A stretch of 64,000 nt of DNA from the human T2T-CHM13v2.0 reference genome, Homo sapiens: NCBI RefSeq assembly GCF_009914755.1, contig NC_060928.1. One strand, given 5' to 3'. The position numbers were made by a program, and so were the translations under genes. This document shows, one piece after another, positions 1 to 13,200 of this stretch (position 1 is the stretch's first letter; each line of letters starts with the position of its first letter). The notes beneath the pieces were generated by a model, which worked only from the letters and a program-made list of their open reading frames with translations, was not told the DNA's origin and made no database searches.

Positions 1-379
1 CTGATGAGATGAGTCACCACACAGGTCCCTGCCTCTGCCCACTAAGTCGGGCGCAGGAAGGGGCAGGGTGGGCTCAAGGAACTGGCTTTTCTCAGGGGAA
101 AAAGAAAGCAAGCCTTCCTGCCATTCTCCAGCTCCTCAATGGGAGGAGGGAGGCGGGGGTGGCACGAGGGCTCTCCAGACTCAGTGAGGGATCCCCCCAC
201 ACCTACCCTGGCAGAGAAGTGGCCTTGTCAAAAGGAAATGGAGGTGGTTTTCATACAAGTCCTCAAGGACAGAATGTTCCAGAAGTACTTGTCCCTTTCT
301 GTCACCTGACATGCTGTGGTCACACCAGCACCACGGGAGAACCCTGTGTGGGGAGCTAGCCCTGGCCCGTTGCCTAAGA

Positions 380-610
380 GCAGACGCACCTGCTCCACCT
401 GGTGGGAAGATAACTCACCTAAGCCCCGGGGGCACCGCAGACGCACCTGCTCCACCTGGTGGGAAGATAACTGCCCTAAGCCTCAGGGGCACCGCAGACG
501 CACCTGCTCCACCTGGTGAGAAGATAACTGCCCTAAGCCTCGGGGGCACCACAGACGCACCTGCTCCACCTGGTGGGAAGATAACTCCCCTAAGCCCCGG
601 GGGCACCGCC
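380..610. repeat. 57-bp minisatellite, ~4 copies
   Basis: gcagacgcacctgctccacctggtgggaagataactcacctaagccccgggggcacc recurring at 380, 437, 494, 551. Confidence 0.9.
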
Positions 611-935
611 GCCCTCGCACCGGTGTGACGCCATTCCACAGGAGGGCAGCACCTCCCACAGGGACCTGGGGAGTCAGCCAGGGTTACAGTTCGTGGTTTT
701 AACATAGACTCTAAACAGCCCCCAGCACAGGGGCAGTGCAGAGGTGGTGTGATTTTGGGGAACAAGAACAGCCTTGGAGACGATCTTAAATGCAGTCCAA
801 CCGTGGCTGATGTTGGAGCCCTAAGCAGGGGAAAAAGCTCCACAAGAAATAGGAATTTCCAGGGCTCTGCCCACCGGGAGCTGTGTTCATACACAGGGTC
901 TGGGGGTTGATTTGTATTGGGGTGTTTTTCCACAG

Positions 936-1047
936 ACAGAAGCCCTGGGGGATGCGGAGGAAGATGAGGACGATGAGGACTTTGTGGAGGTCCCTGAGAA
1001 GGAGGGGTATGAGCCACACATCCCCGACCACTTGCGGCCTGAGTATG
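936..1047 (+). CDS. UVSSA: UVSSA internal coding exon (approx. aa 393-430): acidic TFIIH/p62-binding segment [10 protein letters not shown] containing K414
   Basis: ttttccacag|ACAGAA acceptor and TATG|gtgagc donor. Translates [37 protein letters not shown](G), recognised as UVSSA. The F/V/K spacing matches F408, V411, K414. Confidence 0.96.
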
Positions 1048-4000
1048 GTGAGCAGTGGGTCCCGTGGGGGGGGCACCTGGGTGGAGGGTCCCCCACTCAG
1101 GATGTGGCCCCTTGGGGTCATGACCTCAGGGGCAGGGCCTGGAGCCCATCTTGTGGTAACTGCTGCTTTGGTTTAAAATGCTGCTTTTCCTGCTCACGGT
1201 CGTAGCCACGAGGCCGAGAAGTCGTGTGTGTGCTTTTCCTCTACGTTCTGGCTCCGTCTCGGGTTCTCGGGCCTGGGGCCCTCCCTGCAGCCTGCCCCGC
1301 GGTGGGCTTCCTCTCTGGTGGTCCTGCTGGTCCTCCTCTGCCAGGCAGGCCCTCAGGTGCCCGGGTCTGGGACAGGGGCCACCATCCTACCCTTGGTTCT
1401 TGTGTGTGGAGGACACCGGCCTGCACACCCAGCACACCGGCCTGCTGTGAGGACGCAGCGGGGCAGGTCTCTCCCTCTGTGCCATCCGCAGCCCTGCTCA
1501 GGGACAGAAAGGTCTCACTCACGAGGGTGGGCTCTCGTGGGCTCCTTGAACTTGAGGGTTGTGGGTGTGATTCCCGCAGCTACAGGAGCTGTTGCTGGCA
1601 GGTGGGAGGGGCCACCACCCCGCGCCTTCCAGGCTCCCATCCCCGCTTACGGGGGTCACAAGCACAGGCATCGCTCCTCACCGCTGGTGATGCCACAGCC
1701 TCGGGTCTGGGCCCAGGGCTGCTGTGCACTCCACGGCAAGGGGCTCTTCTCACTGTCAGGGAGCACTCGGGAGGTGCCGAACCCTGCCACAGCCTGTGCC
1801 GTGGAGGGCTTAGGTTTTTCAAAAATACCTCCCAAAACTGCGTTCCAGTGACACACCCAGGATTGTGGCCCTGGGGGATGGGCGTGGACCCAGGTGGGTC
1901 TACTCTTAAAGTTCCCCAGAGTACCCACAGTGGTGTTTGCATGGAGGGGAGGCAAATGAAAACAAGACCCTCAGCTTTTGTGTGGAATGGACAAGTTGGT
2001 TTCAATCAGAGTCTGTAAGAAGAGATGTAGATTTGTTAAGAGAACTTAGATGATTAGACAACTCATGTGTGAAGATATGACCCATTAAGGGTGTCATGCC
2101 GAATTAGCACAGCCAGGCTTCTAACGACCTTCCATTTGTATGGTCCTGTTTACTGGGGCCTGCTGTCTTCTGCCCTGGGGCCGCCCAGGGAGGGCCCAGG
2201 CTGGGAAGGCTGAGCTCCTGGGGTCAGTGTGAGCTTGAGGGTCTGGAAGAAAGCCTCAGACACCTGGAGCCAGCCGGGACCTCGCTCTGGGAACCACTGT
2301 GGCCTGGCCCATTCCGGACCAGGGTCCTGCGCTGCTTCTCCAGGGGCAGGCAGGCAGAAGCCGAGGGACCTGCACGCCTCTCCCCACCACCGACCTCACT
2401 GCGTCAGACCCCTTCCCCCACCGAGACGCAGCCCCAGCTGTGCCCTCATCGGGCTTCCCCTGTCCCCACCCCACACACACTGTTCTTCCAACACCAGCAT
2501 CCACCTGAAATGGTGTTTCTGCTGATTCCCCACCTCGGGCAGGCGTCCCCACGCCTGACATGAGGGCCCTGGGGGTGCCTGAGCACACCGTTGGCCGCTG
2601 CAATCTCCTTCATGGCTCTTGGCCGCCCTCAGGTGGACCAGGCCGTGGGTCCAGCCCCCGGAGCATGGTGGAAGCACAGAGGTGTCTCCTGGAGGTGCTG
2701 CAGCCGGGGCCTAGGCAGCCGTCTTGTCTGCGCAGGCCTGTCCTGACCTGGCCTGCTGGGCTGCCTCATCTCCCGGACCCCTCCTGGGCATCTTCAGAGT
2801 CTGGGAGCTGGCACTGACCCTTGGCCTGTAGTGTCACACATTTCCTGGCCTTGGGCCTCTGCACAGGCCTGTTATGATGGCTTCTGAACCTTTTCAGCAG
2901 AAGTTACACATCTTAGACGGGGTGACGTGTGGCGTCTCAAAAGCAGAAATCCACACTTTCCCTAAAACCTGACTTGTGGCTCTAAATTATCTGAAGCAAG
3001 GCCAGAAGCGAAACTCAAACGAGGTGACTTTCCCCAAAGAACAGAGCGGTCTCCTTTCATCAGAAGAGGTGAGGCTCCCCGGGCCTGTGGCCAAACACAA
3101 CGGTGACAGCGCTCACTCGTCACCAGGCCTGGCCATCCCCTCCCCACTGAAGCCCAGGGGTCCTGAGCCCATCGACAATAGCGTCCAGCCAAGGGGGCCG
3201 AGCGGCCTCGCAGCCCCTGCCGGGTGTGCTGGGACGCCTGCTCTGACACAGCCCTGCTGCAGGTACACCGAGCCTCACAGGGTCACAGGTAGGCACTGGG
3301 CTTGGCAGTCCCGGCTAAGCCTCACCCGTAGGCTGTCCCAGCCTGACCCTGGTTGTGAAGGCACCTCCAGATGTGTGTCTCCAGCTCAGGCCCCAGGCTC
3401 AGCAGATGATGAGCTGTCCCTGCTGGGTCCGTCCTGGTCCAGGGAAGTGTGCACAGCTGGTGCACTGGCGGCTGGTTCTTTCGCTGCAGCCGCAGGTCCC
3501 CACAGCGCCCTCCTCTGCTGGCTCCAAGCCTCCTCCACTGCATGGCGCCTGCCCCTTTCCTCTCAAGGCCCACGCCTGCCCCGGTGGAGGGGAGGGTGCC
3601 TTAGACCTGCCCCGGTGGAGGGGAGGGTGCCTTAGAAGCTGGGAGCTCCATCACAGCCTTGCCTGGGGCAGGCAGAGGCCCTGGTGGTTTTATTGCCACT
3701 GATTGACTTCTTGAGGTGAGAGGGCTAACCACGTTCTGCCGTTCTGCCGTTCTGCCGTCAGCCTTGAAGGTGCCGATGTGCCCTGTGGGCCTGGCCTGGG
3801 TACCCTTGGCGGCCTTGCTGGGAGTCGACCGGGTGCGAGCATGCAGCACCAGCTGTACCAGCCCCAGGCGAGGGCTGGAGGGCCCAAAGGAGGGGGCAGG
3901 CCCTGGTGACAGAGCTGCCCTCTGGGGTGCGCAGGGAGGACCCCTGGCCCCACTCAGCTTCACACCCCGGGGGCCCCAGGAGTGCCGGAGGCGGGGACCA

Positions 4001-5869
4001 GGCGGGAAGCGTGGGGGCAGGCGGAGGGGCCAGCTCAGTTCATAACACTAGTTTATATTCTGCCGCTGTTTTTTCAATTAAACGTGGGCGAATCTGAAGT
4101 AGTTAGATTTAGTCTAAATCCACACCACGGAGGAAACCGTGCTCTTTTTCTTTCTCATTTCTTCCTCTGAATTTTCACTGAGGGGCCTTTATCTTCCCCT
4201 TAATCCTACCATTTCTGTCAGGACATAATCTCTTTCTCCAATTTACATTTTAATTACAAGGCCAGCTGAACTAGGTAAAATCAATAATGTCAGCGCTGGG
4301 CAGGCCGCCTGGGCGCAGAGGCCCCCCTCTCCGTTTCCTACCATCGATTCCCTCCCTCACTGTCTGCTTTGGTGCTTCAGGCAAATAGGTGCCACTTGGC
4401 CAATGTAAACAGAAAAGGGGATTTGGACATTTTTATGATTCTTTCTCAAAACAACTGTGGGAGTGAATTTGAGCCAAGATACTGGACTCGAGTGAGACGC
4501 CGTGCGGGCAAGGCGGGCGCCGCGTTCGGCTGTGACGTGTGGCCTCTTGTTTTCCGGGAGTCGTTATTCTTCCTGAAAATGCCCTCAGTGCCTGAGGAAT
4601 GCTGTCTGATTTTTGGGGTTTTGCTTTGAAAGTATGTCAGAGAGATTGATTTTCCACGCGATGCGCAAGTGGGAGTGTGTTTAGTGCCCTAAGTATTTAC
4701 CCTGCTTTAACACGCTTACCCATCTTTTTAATGGTTTAAAACAACAAATCGATGAAAAATATATTTCATTCTTGTAACTCTTAGGAATTCTCAGATTGAT
4801 CTTTTGGCTGCGATTGTATCTAAATGTCACATTGTTCACTTGTCAGTCTTGCCTCCGTCACTGTGAGCATGTGCGTGTGTGCGTGTGTGTGCATGCGTGT
4901 GCTGACAGCCCGTATCTGTGTCATGTGTATTGCCGGAATACTGAGGGGCACTTGGCAGGTTTGTGAGCAACACCCGGGACACGGCATTGAGTGCCAGCGC
5001 TGAGCAGGGGCTGCCCGGTGTCTCCCGGGTGCGCGCCTCGGGGCTGGAGGTCCGTCCCCATCACCTGCTCTGTGTGGCTCTGTCTCACACCCTCCGCTTT
5101 CAGCCCCTGGGAACCCAGGAAACGGGAGCAGCCTGGCAGGCGTGCAGCCGTGCACGGCTTAGAGGAGCTCCCGAGCGGGACAGGCACCTTCTGTGAAGGG
5201 CCAGAGCGCAGTCTCTCCAGCTTCGGGGGCCACATGAGGCCTTGTCTCCACGTGTAGATGGTGGGTGTGACTGGGTGCCAGTAACACCCTATTCACGAAA
5301 ACAGGCGGTGGGCTGGACTTGGCTCATAGCCACAGGCTGGCGAGCCCTGCAGCTACTGAGCACAGGGTGCATGTGCCAGGCTGACCTCTGTCCAGAGAGT
5401 CAGTGGCCCAAGTCAGAGGTGGCTCCAGACAGCCCGAGTTCTGTGAGCCCTTTCAGACATGCAGCTTTTTCCTCCTCTGCAACTCAGGGACGGGGTCGGT
5501 GGCTCACTCCTTGATTCACGGGATGCTTGTCATGGGCCTGAGCAAGGCCCTTTGTCCTTACCCACTTCCCTCCCTGGAAGCCCCTGTGCCCGGCGGCCTT
5601 GCAGTACCCCCAGTTCTCATGCCTCCTCATTCTCCTCCCAGCTCTTCTCTCCAAACAGAGCATTCCCGGCTCTGCACATTGGTAAGTGGAGGCACTGTGG
5701 GTGTCCTCAGAAAGCCTGTGGTGAGCACATGTGTGTTCAGTGACAGCATGCCTGTAAGTACTTGTGTGTGGACGTGTATGTGTGTGTATGTACTCAGTAA
5801 GCCTGCACAAAAGAAGGCCTGCACGCTCTGCAGCTCACCCGTGTTCAGTGAGAGTACGTCTGTGGGTGG

Positions 5870-5872
<3 letters not shown>

Positions 5873-5907
<35 letters not shown>
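5873..5907. repeat. (TG)n microsatellite
   Basis: About 17 TG units. Confidence 0.95.
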
Positions 5908-5912
<5 letters not shown>

Positions 5913-6106
5913 CGATGACGTGTACATGACTTTCCGGGTGTCTGAGCTCTCTGGTGGCCTCTGTTTTTGACGCTCTGTTCTGTGGTCTCAGGACACAGTC
6001 TGGGCGGTGCTGATTCTTGGGAGGTGACTGAGGCCCCTGTTGACTTAGTACTTGGTTTTCTTTCGTCAGTTCCGCGTGTGTGTTGGAGAAGGGACTTCTT
6101 GCATAG

Positions 6107-6449
6107 TGTATTACTCCGTTTTCCTGCTGCTGATAAGGACATACCTGAGACTGGGCAATTTACAGAAGAAAGAGGTTTACTGGACTTAGCGTTCCACATG
6201 GCTGGGGAGGCCTCACAATCATGGTGGAAGGCAAGAAGGAGCAAGTCACATCTTAACGTGGATGGCAGCAGGCAGGGAGAGGGCTTGTGCGGAGAAACTC
6301 CCGCTTTTACAGCCGTCAGATCTCGTGAGACCCATTCACTCTCACGGGGACAGCACGGGGAAGACCCACCAGCTCCCTCCCACCACGTGTGGGAATTATG
6401 GGAACTATAAGATGAGATTTGAGTGGGGACACAGAGCCAGACCATATCA
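6107..6449 (-). mobile_element. THE1-family (MaLR) solo LTR
   Basis: The - strand begins TGATATGG. Internal THE1-like text acatacctgagactgggcaatttac...ggcctcacaatcatggtggaaggc. Flanked by catag/gatag, a near 5-bp TSD. Confidence 0.85.
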
Positions 6450-7285
6450 GATAGGAAATCTCACGGCATCTCTTAGTTTGGTGGTTTTGACTGTGCTGTA
6501 CAAACCACCCGTGATACGGCTCATTCTTTCCCTAACAGCCACTTCCCAAGAGGGTTCGCCGAAGTCCCCACAGTCAGGGATACCTCTGCACCCGTAGCCC
6601 TCAGCATGGCTTCTTATGTTTTGAGACTGCATTTGTAAGTTACATATCTCTTCTTGTTTATTACACCTTCAAGCATTCCTTTTTTTACCCTCCTATTTTT
6701 TACTTAAAATCCAGCTTTTCTAGTACCCACATAGGACCTCCTCTGTCTTTTGGTCACTGTTTTCGTAGTAAATCTTTTTTCGTCCCTTTATTTTCAACTT
6801 TTCACTAACCGTTGTATCAAGTGGGTCTTCTTTAGACAGCATGTTGCTAAAGACATCCACTCCAGAGTCTGTCTTTCTGTTAATCTGAATCTGTTTAGTT
6901 AACGGTTGTTACGAAGTCTTCAAAAGACACATCTGGCGGCCTGTCACGCGTCCATCCATGGCACTTTCTCTCCGACTTCTGCTGCCGTCCTTGTCTCGTT
7001 TCCTTCTTTCTCCCACCATTTATGTGCCCCGTTGTTGTGCTGGTTTTTATTCTTCAGATGGTCACTCTTCATTGTAGAAAGGATTTACACACATATGTGT
7101 TTCTCAATTTCTGTACTATTTCCTGCATAAAACAAATAACCTAGCACCCTCTCCCCACGTGTGGCCTCCTTCCACCCCATCACATTGGATCATCCAGAAC
7201 CAACTTAATTCAGGTTGATATGAACACGTGGGTTTGGGGTAGGGACAGGCGAGAGTCAACTTTACAAAGTCATGTGCTCAGTGTT

Positions 7286-7545
7286 CCTCCCGCGTCTCAG
7301 GGCACTCACGTCCCGCATCTCAGAGCACTCATCTCCTGCTACTCAGCACTCACCTCCCGCGTCCCTGCACTCACCTCCCGCGTCTCAGGGCACTCACCTC
7401 CCGCGTCCCTGCACTCACCTCCCGCGTCTCAGGGCACTCACCTCCCGCGTCTCAGGGCACTCACCTCCCGCGTCCCTGCACTCACCTCCCGCGTCTCAGG
7501 GCACTCACCTCCCGCGTCTCAGGGCACTCACCTCCCGCGTCTCTA
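7286..7545. repeat. 21/23-bp minisatellite
   Basis: Alternating ctcacctcccgcgtctcagggca and ctcacctcccgcgtccctgca units. Confidence 0.9.
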
Positions 7546-7849
7546 CACACTCACTGCCCATGTTTTGCTCCACCCCCTGCCCCCTGGCTTTTCTTTGTGA
7601 CTACTGGCTCTGAAGGTGTTTTCAAAGCGGACCTCACCATGGCAAACCTCAAAAGGCCTTGTCTCCATGAGGTCGTCGTCCTGTGCCTGCACAAGAAATG
7701 ACCTTTTAGCTGGCTATAAAATCCTGAGCTTGAACTTCTCCTTCGGCACTTTCAAAGTGACCTTCTAAGATCTTGCATTCACGGTTGCTATTGAAAATCT
7801 TGTGTCAATAGAATTTTTATTTTTTGAAAGTATCAGCTAATTTATATGA

Positions 7850-8190
7850 CCACAAGGTCCCACAAGAGGCCATCTCTAGGCTGAGGATCAAGGAGAGCCA
7901 GTCCGAGTCTCAAAACTGAAGAACTTGGAGTCTGATGTTCGAGGGCAGGAAGCATCCAGCACGGGAGAATAGATGTAGGCTGGGAGGCGAGGCCGTCCCT
8001 CCTTTTCACGTTTGCTTTATATTCGTTGGCAGCTGACTAGATGGTGCCCACCAGATTAAGGGTGGATCTGCCTTCCCCAGCCCACTGACTCAAATGTTAA
8101 TCTCCTTTGGCAACACCCTCGCAGACACACCCAAGATCAATACTTTGTATCCTTCAATCCAATCAAGTTGATCCTCAGTGCTCTGTGTTA
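7850..8190 (-). mobile_element. MLT2-family (ERVL) LTR fragment
   Basis: ctgaagaacttggagtctgatgttcgagggcaggaagcatccagcacggg...ccttcaatccaatcaagttga resembles the MLT2A consensus in reverse. Confidence 0.75.
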
Positions 8191-10002
8191 ACCGTCTCGG
8201 GCCATGGTGTTCTTAGGTTTTCCTGTAGTGCCTCTGGCCATGGTTTTTCCTCTGTCTCCTCTGACTCTCAGTGAGCCTTCCAATTCCAGGAAAATGTGGC
8301 TCATTGTTTCTTCAACTGTTTTCTGCACTCCAATTATGTCTCTCCTCCTGGGATTTTAGAAGAGACGAGGATGCTGACACCTGCGCGTCCCCCACACCCC
8401 TCAGAGCTCTTAAGAGGGTGTTCCGTGCTTCCTCCCTCGCTGTCTGCGGTCACCTGTGTCTCACTCGTGCTGTGGCCGGTCCCCTCAGCCACCCAACAAG
8501 TCCTCTGCACCTGACAATTTTCCTTGCCCTTTGTCTTTGGTGGAGGCATCTTCAGGATCCCCTCACTTCCTGGCCTCTCGCTGTGTCTCTATGGTGCCCG
8601 TAGCTCCTGGGGAGCGTGGCATGGGCTGTGCACCTCTTCGCCCCAGCTGCCAGTTCGTTTTCTTCCTGTGGATTCTGCCGCAGCCAGGACGCCTTGCTCG
8701 GTCCGTTTTCTTTCCGTGGATTCCGCCGGGGCCAGGACGCCTTGCTCGGTCTGTTTTCTTCCATGGCAGCTCTCCGAAGTCTGGCTTCCCTGCGGTCCAG
8801 GTTCTTCTGGGGTCCTGAGCCCCCCTGGCCGGCAGCCCACAGGGGAGGACAGGCTCAAGTGCAGGCCTTAGTTGCTCCTGCAGCAGGTTTGGGGAGGTGG
8901 GTGGTGCCCTTTGTCCTAACCCATAGCCTACCTGGCACCTCCTGTGCCTCCTGCCATCCCGACGCCTCAGGACACCAGCTTAGCCGCTAGGGAGTATAGG
9001 CCCCGCCCTGACCGAGAGGCGCCGTCAGGGTCGGGGTGAGCCCCACGGAGCAGCCTGAGAGCCAAGCGCAGGCTGTGGTGCAGGAGGAGGGGAGAGGCAG
9101 GTCAGGGCCCAGCAGTGTTGGAGAATCTCCTTGTCCTGGTCCGGGGACCCTGGGTGCACGCTGGGCTGCGGAGGCCAGGGGCTGGTGGCCTCGTCCCTGT
9201 CATCTCTGTGGGACGTTGGTGAGACGCAGCGCCATGGCCTTGTCTTGCTGGCGGCGGGGCGGACCCTCTTCGACGGGCACTCCGGGACGGCATCTTGGTC
9301 CTTGGAATTCAGCCTCTGCCTGGCAGACGGAGGGAGTTGCCAGGGCCAAGACCTTGGTCCAGTGGCCCCTGTGGCTGTCAGAGGCGCCTGCTGAAGCTGT
9401 GGTGCAGCCCCGGGCGTTTCTGTGGGGACACAGGGGCTGGAATCCCCGCTAACATCGCGGTTTGACGTCAGCGTGAGATGTGGGTTGAACCCCTGTGTGG
9501 AGCTGTGCGTCTCTTCTCCTTGAGGACCATGTGAGCACCCTGTGGGTGGCCTTTCCAAGCGGCTGCCACCTCAGGCTTGGGTGCTGGGGAGGGCTCCAGG
9601 CTGCCTACATCTCACCACCGGAGCCTGAGCTGCCGGGGCTATGGGCACAGGGTGCCGGGCAGTCTGGGCTCTCGCTGCTGCCCAGCTTCTTTCCAGCCTG
9701 GCGAATCCATCTGCTCAGGCTGGCACTTCTGCAAAGCCCGGCAGCACAGTGTGTGAACAGCGTGGCCACAAGGCGGGACTGCCGGACCCCCCGACGCACG
9801 CCATGTTCTGGCAGAGCGTGGCCTGAGCTGCTGCTCCGGGCCTCACCCTCGCCCGTGAGGAGCAGATAGCAGGCACCCACCTCGGGACTGTTGGAAGATG
9901 GAACACGCTAACGCATAGGCGCGTCCTAACTGCCCGGTCTTGCCTGATGTGCCTGGCGGGTTGTGGGAGTGGTGGCAGGGAGTGGACACGTGTCTGTTTC
10001 AG

Positions 10003-10147
10003 GGCTGGAGGCAGCACCAGAGAAAGACACAGTTGTGCGGTGCTTGCGGACGAGGACGAGGATGGACGAGGAGGTGTCGGACCCCACCTCTGCGGCTGCT
10101 CAGCTGCGGCAGCTCCGGGACCACTTGCCTCCACCCTCATCTGCCAG
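10003..10147 (+). CDS. UVSSA: UVSSA coding exon
   Basis: tgtttcag|GG acceptor, GCCAG|gtgact donor. (G)LEAAPEKDTVVRCLRTRTRMDEEVSDPTSAAAQLRQLRDHLPPPSSA(S); phase 1 in matches the previous exon. Confidence 0.95.
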
Positions 10148-10672
10148 GTGACTCCCAGTGTCCTGTGTGCTGAGCCCCCTGCCCGGCGCTGCCACAGCCT
10201 CTGCCCAGAGCACTGGCCGGCCTCGAGAGGCTGCTTAGTGCCTTTTCTGGATATCTTGGTGGAAGCCTTGGGTGTGTACCCCCGGCCGGGTGAGCAGTGT
10301 TGGTGCCATGTTTGGGCTTGTCAGTGCCAGCATCAGCTGGAGCCCGGGTGGGACTGGGCCAACAAATACCCTTCCAGACACTGCCCGTGCCTCTGAGAGG
10401 AGCCCCCAGGGCTGGGGTTTGAGAGGCAGATGTCAGGTCACCTCTGGGCCAGGGTGAAGGACTGCAGACCAGAGGCCAGCTGTTGGCGAGGGCCCAGAGC
10501 TTCTCACAGGACCTCAGCGGTGGCCCTGAGGCCCAGGCGTCGTGTGGCAGAAGCCATTGCTCACCTGATCCGACCCGAGGCCCCAGCCTTGCTGTGGGGG
10601 TGGGGAGGGAGAGGAGGGTGGCTGTGGGTGGCACCAGCAGCACCGTCAGGCTGTCCCACTCTGCTCCTGTAG

Positions 10673-10807
10673 CCCCTCCAGAGCGTTGCCAGAGCCACAG
10701 GAGGCCCAGAAGCTGGCAGCAGAGCGGGCCCGGGCGCCTGTGGTGCCCTACGGCGTGGACCTGCACTACTGGGGCCAGGAGCTCCCCACAGCCGGGAAGA
10801 TTGTCAA
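10673..10807 (+). CDS. UVSSA: UVSSA coding exon
   Basis: ctcctgtag|C acceptor, GTCAA|gtgagt donor. (S)[44 protein letters not shown](K); phases consistent. Confidence 0.95.
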
Positions 10808-12909
10808 GTGAGTCCCCATGTGTCTGAAGTCGGCCAGGGCACACAACCAGGGTCCCAGCCTGAGGAGGGGGCTGCCGGCTCACCAGGCCTCCCTGGGTCT
10901 GAGGAAGCTGGCCCTGCCTCCCAGCTCTGCCCCACCTTCCGGGCACCTGGAGGGGCACAGGGGTGGGCCTCCCCTGCTGATCCGGCTCGTGGAGCCCAGA
11001 AAGGCTTTTTTGAGCCTTTCTGCTGCTGTGTCGGGGGCCATCCATGGAGCTTGGGTGTTATGAATCTTGTGGGAACAGCTGGACGAGAAACCACTCCCCT
11101 AAAGGCGGCCCTGGGGCCCGTTCAGTTTGTCCTGCTTCAGGACTGCACGGTTGGCTGAGGCCTGGGGCTTCCTGACCGTGTTGCAGCTGCTCACGGTGAC
11201 CGTGTGTCCAGACCTCAGGCGGGGGCTCTGCAAGGAGCCTCGGGAAGCCACCCTCCCTGCCCACTTTCCCCTCTGCACCCCTCACCGCACTGGCCTCTTC
11301 TCTGTGAAGCTGCAGCAGAAGGGGGCACACGGGGGTCATCTGTGCGAAAGTCCGGACCGTTGGGCCTCAAGAGGCCACCTGGGTACTCCAGCGCCTGCCA
11401 CAGCTCGCTGGCACGGCCTATCGGGGGAACAGGGCCCCTGCCGCCGCCTCAGCTCCTGCCGCAGGACGGTTCTCCACACCCGGGAGAGGGTGGGGAGGAC
11501 AGTGCCAAGGCTGTGTCCTGGGATGGAAGGTCACCCTAAGGCGTCTTCCTTAGAGGGCAGAGGTGGGTCCCCCTGGCCTCTTGCCAGTCCCCGCCATCAA
11601 GACCCAGGGCCAGGTGTGACACGGAATATTGCCGTCCCCACAGCACCCATTTCAAGGGCCGGGCTGCCTGTGCAAACACCGTAACCACTAAAGCCAATGC
11701 TGCGGGGTCTGCGGGGCGTGATGCGGGAGCGTCTCATCCGTGTGAGGGGCTGATGTCAGAACCTCCAGAGAGCGGGGGGGCAGGGGAGCCGGGCAAGGGT
11801 CCTGGGGCAGCTTCAGGGCCTGAGGAGCACCGTGTGCCCAGGGCAGCCACTGCCTCTGTGTCTGGATGCCCAGGAACGGGCCCCGAGTGCCGGGACGTCC
11901 TGGCACATTGTCCACAGCTGCCTGTGTTCCCGGGGTTCTGCTGGGCTCACACACGACACACGAGAGCAGGATGGTAAGCGAGGCAGGCCCTGGTCTCACT
12001 CACAGCAGGACTGAGATTTGAGGGCCCCGTCCTCAGGGCTCCACAGACACCGCCCCTAGTGGGGGCCAGATTAGGGACAGTGTGAGGAGGGAGGGGCTGG
12101 GCAGGCTGCTCAGCGGCCGGAGAGGTCGGGAAGAAACAGCTGTCCCTGTCACACATTGCCACCAGGGGTGCCCCAAGGCCAGTGCTTGGTTTCTGAGCCT
12201 GGGAGGTGACGCCCAGCAAAGCTCCCACCGAGAAGCGGATGCCCGTCCCTCCTCCCACCTGCCTGGCCCGTCCCCAGGACCACAGGCTTTGCCCTGAGCC
12301 CCCAGGCAGTTGGGCTGAGAGAGAGGCCTGAGCAGCTGCTGGTGAGGACCCGGTTAGTCCTGGATGGCACCGGGGCCCTGCTGGGCAGGCCTGGCTTCAC
12401 GTTCCACCTGCCTGGCCCGTCAGCACCACGCACCTGGTGCATCGAGCTCACGGCTTCATGTTTCCCCCAACTGCCTGCACACTGCTGTGGTCGGCTTGAT
12501 GGAGTTGCAGCCTACACATGGCAGCGGCCCGGGCTGGGGAAGGGCCCCATGTCAGCTGCGTGGATGGGGGTACATGGGCTGGTGCAGGAGATGGCACCTG
12601 GGTGCCACATGTGCCCCACAGCCAGTTGAGGGCCACACTCCTCCTGGCTGGCCCCTAGCCAGGATGGCAGGGGCTGCTCACCCCACATTCCCTCACCAAG
12701 TGGAGGGGTCCTGCCCTCTGGCTCTCAGCCACATTTAGGGATCTCGGAGAGCCTGGGCTCGCCCCTTTCATCCAGGAGGTCAAGATGATGCGGGTCCGGG
12801 AAGCCAGGGCCTGGCCAGGCCGTGGTGGGAGACAGGGCTGATGGGGGTGGCGGCCACAGGCAACCACTAGAACAAAGCCGTCCTGGTACACAGAGGGCTG
12901 GCGGGCCCT

Positions 12910-13200
12910 GGCTGGGTACAGTGGCTCACGCCTGTAATCCCAGCACTTTGGGAGGCCAAGGCAGGTGGATCACTTGAGGCCAGGAGTTCGAGACCAGCCT
13001 GGCCAACATGACAAAACCCCATCACTACTAAAAATATAAAAATTAGCCGGGCGTGGTGGCGTGCGCCTGTAATCCCAGCTACTCGAGACTGAGGCGGGAG
13101 AATCGCTTGAACCCAGGAGGCGGAGTTTGCAGTGAGCTGAGATCGCACCATCACACTCCAGCCTGGGCAACAGAGCAAGAGTCTGTCTGAAAAAAAAATA
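12910..13200 (+). mobile_element. Alu (AluS-like)
   Basis: ggctggg...gtggctcacgcctgtaatcccagcactttgggagg; dimeric with A-tail. Confidence 0.95.

Noticed and set aside
311-628. ORF with a 19-aa repeat (TADAPAPPGGKIT...)
   Set aside because: By-product of an in-frame 57-bp intronic minisatellite; not needed for the UVSSA reading frame.
931-942. Tandem AG acceptors (cacag-acag-aag) at the UVSSA exon start
   Set aside because: The alternatives at +4 and +7 shift the frame; only 936 restores the known protein, and there is no usage evidence.
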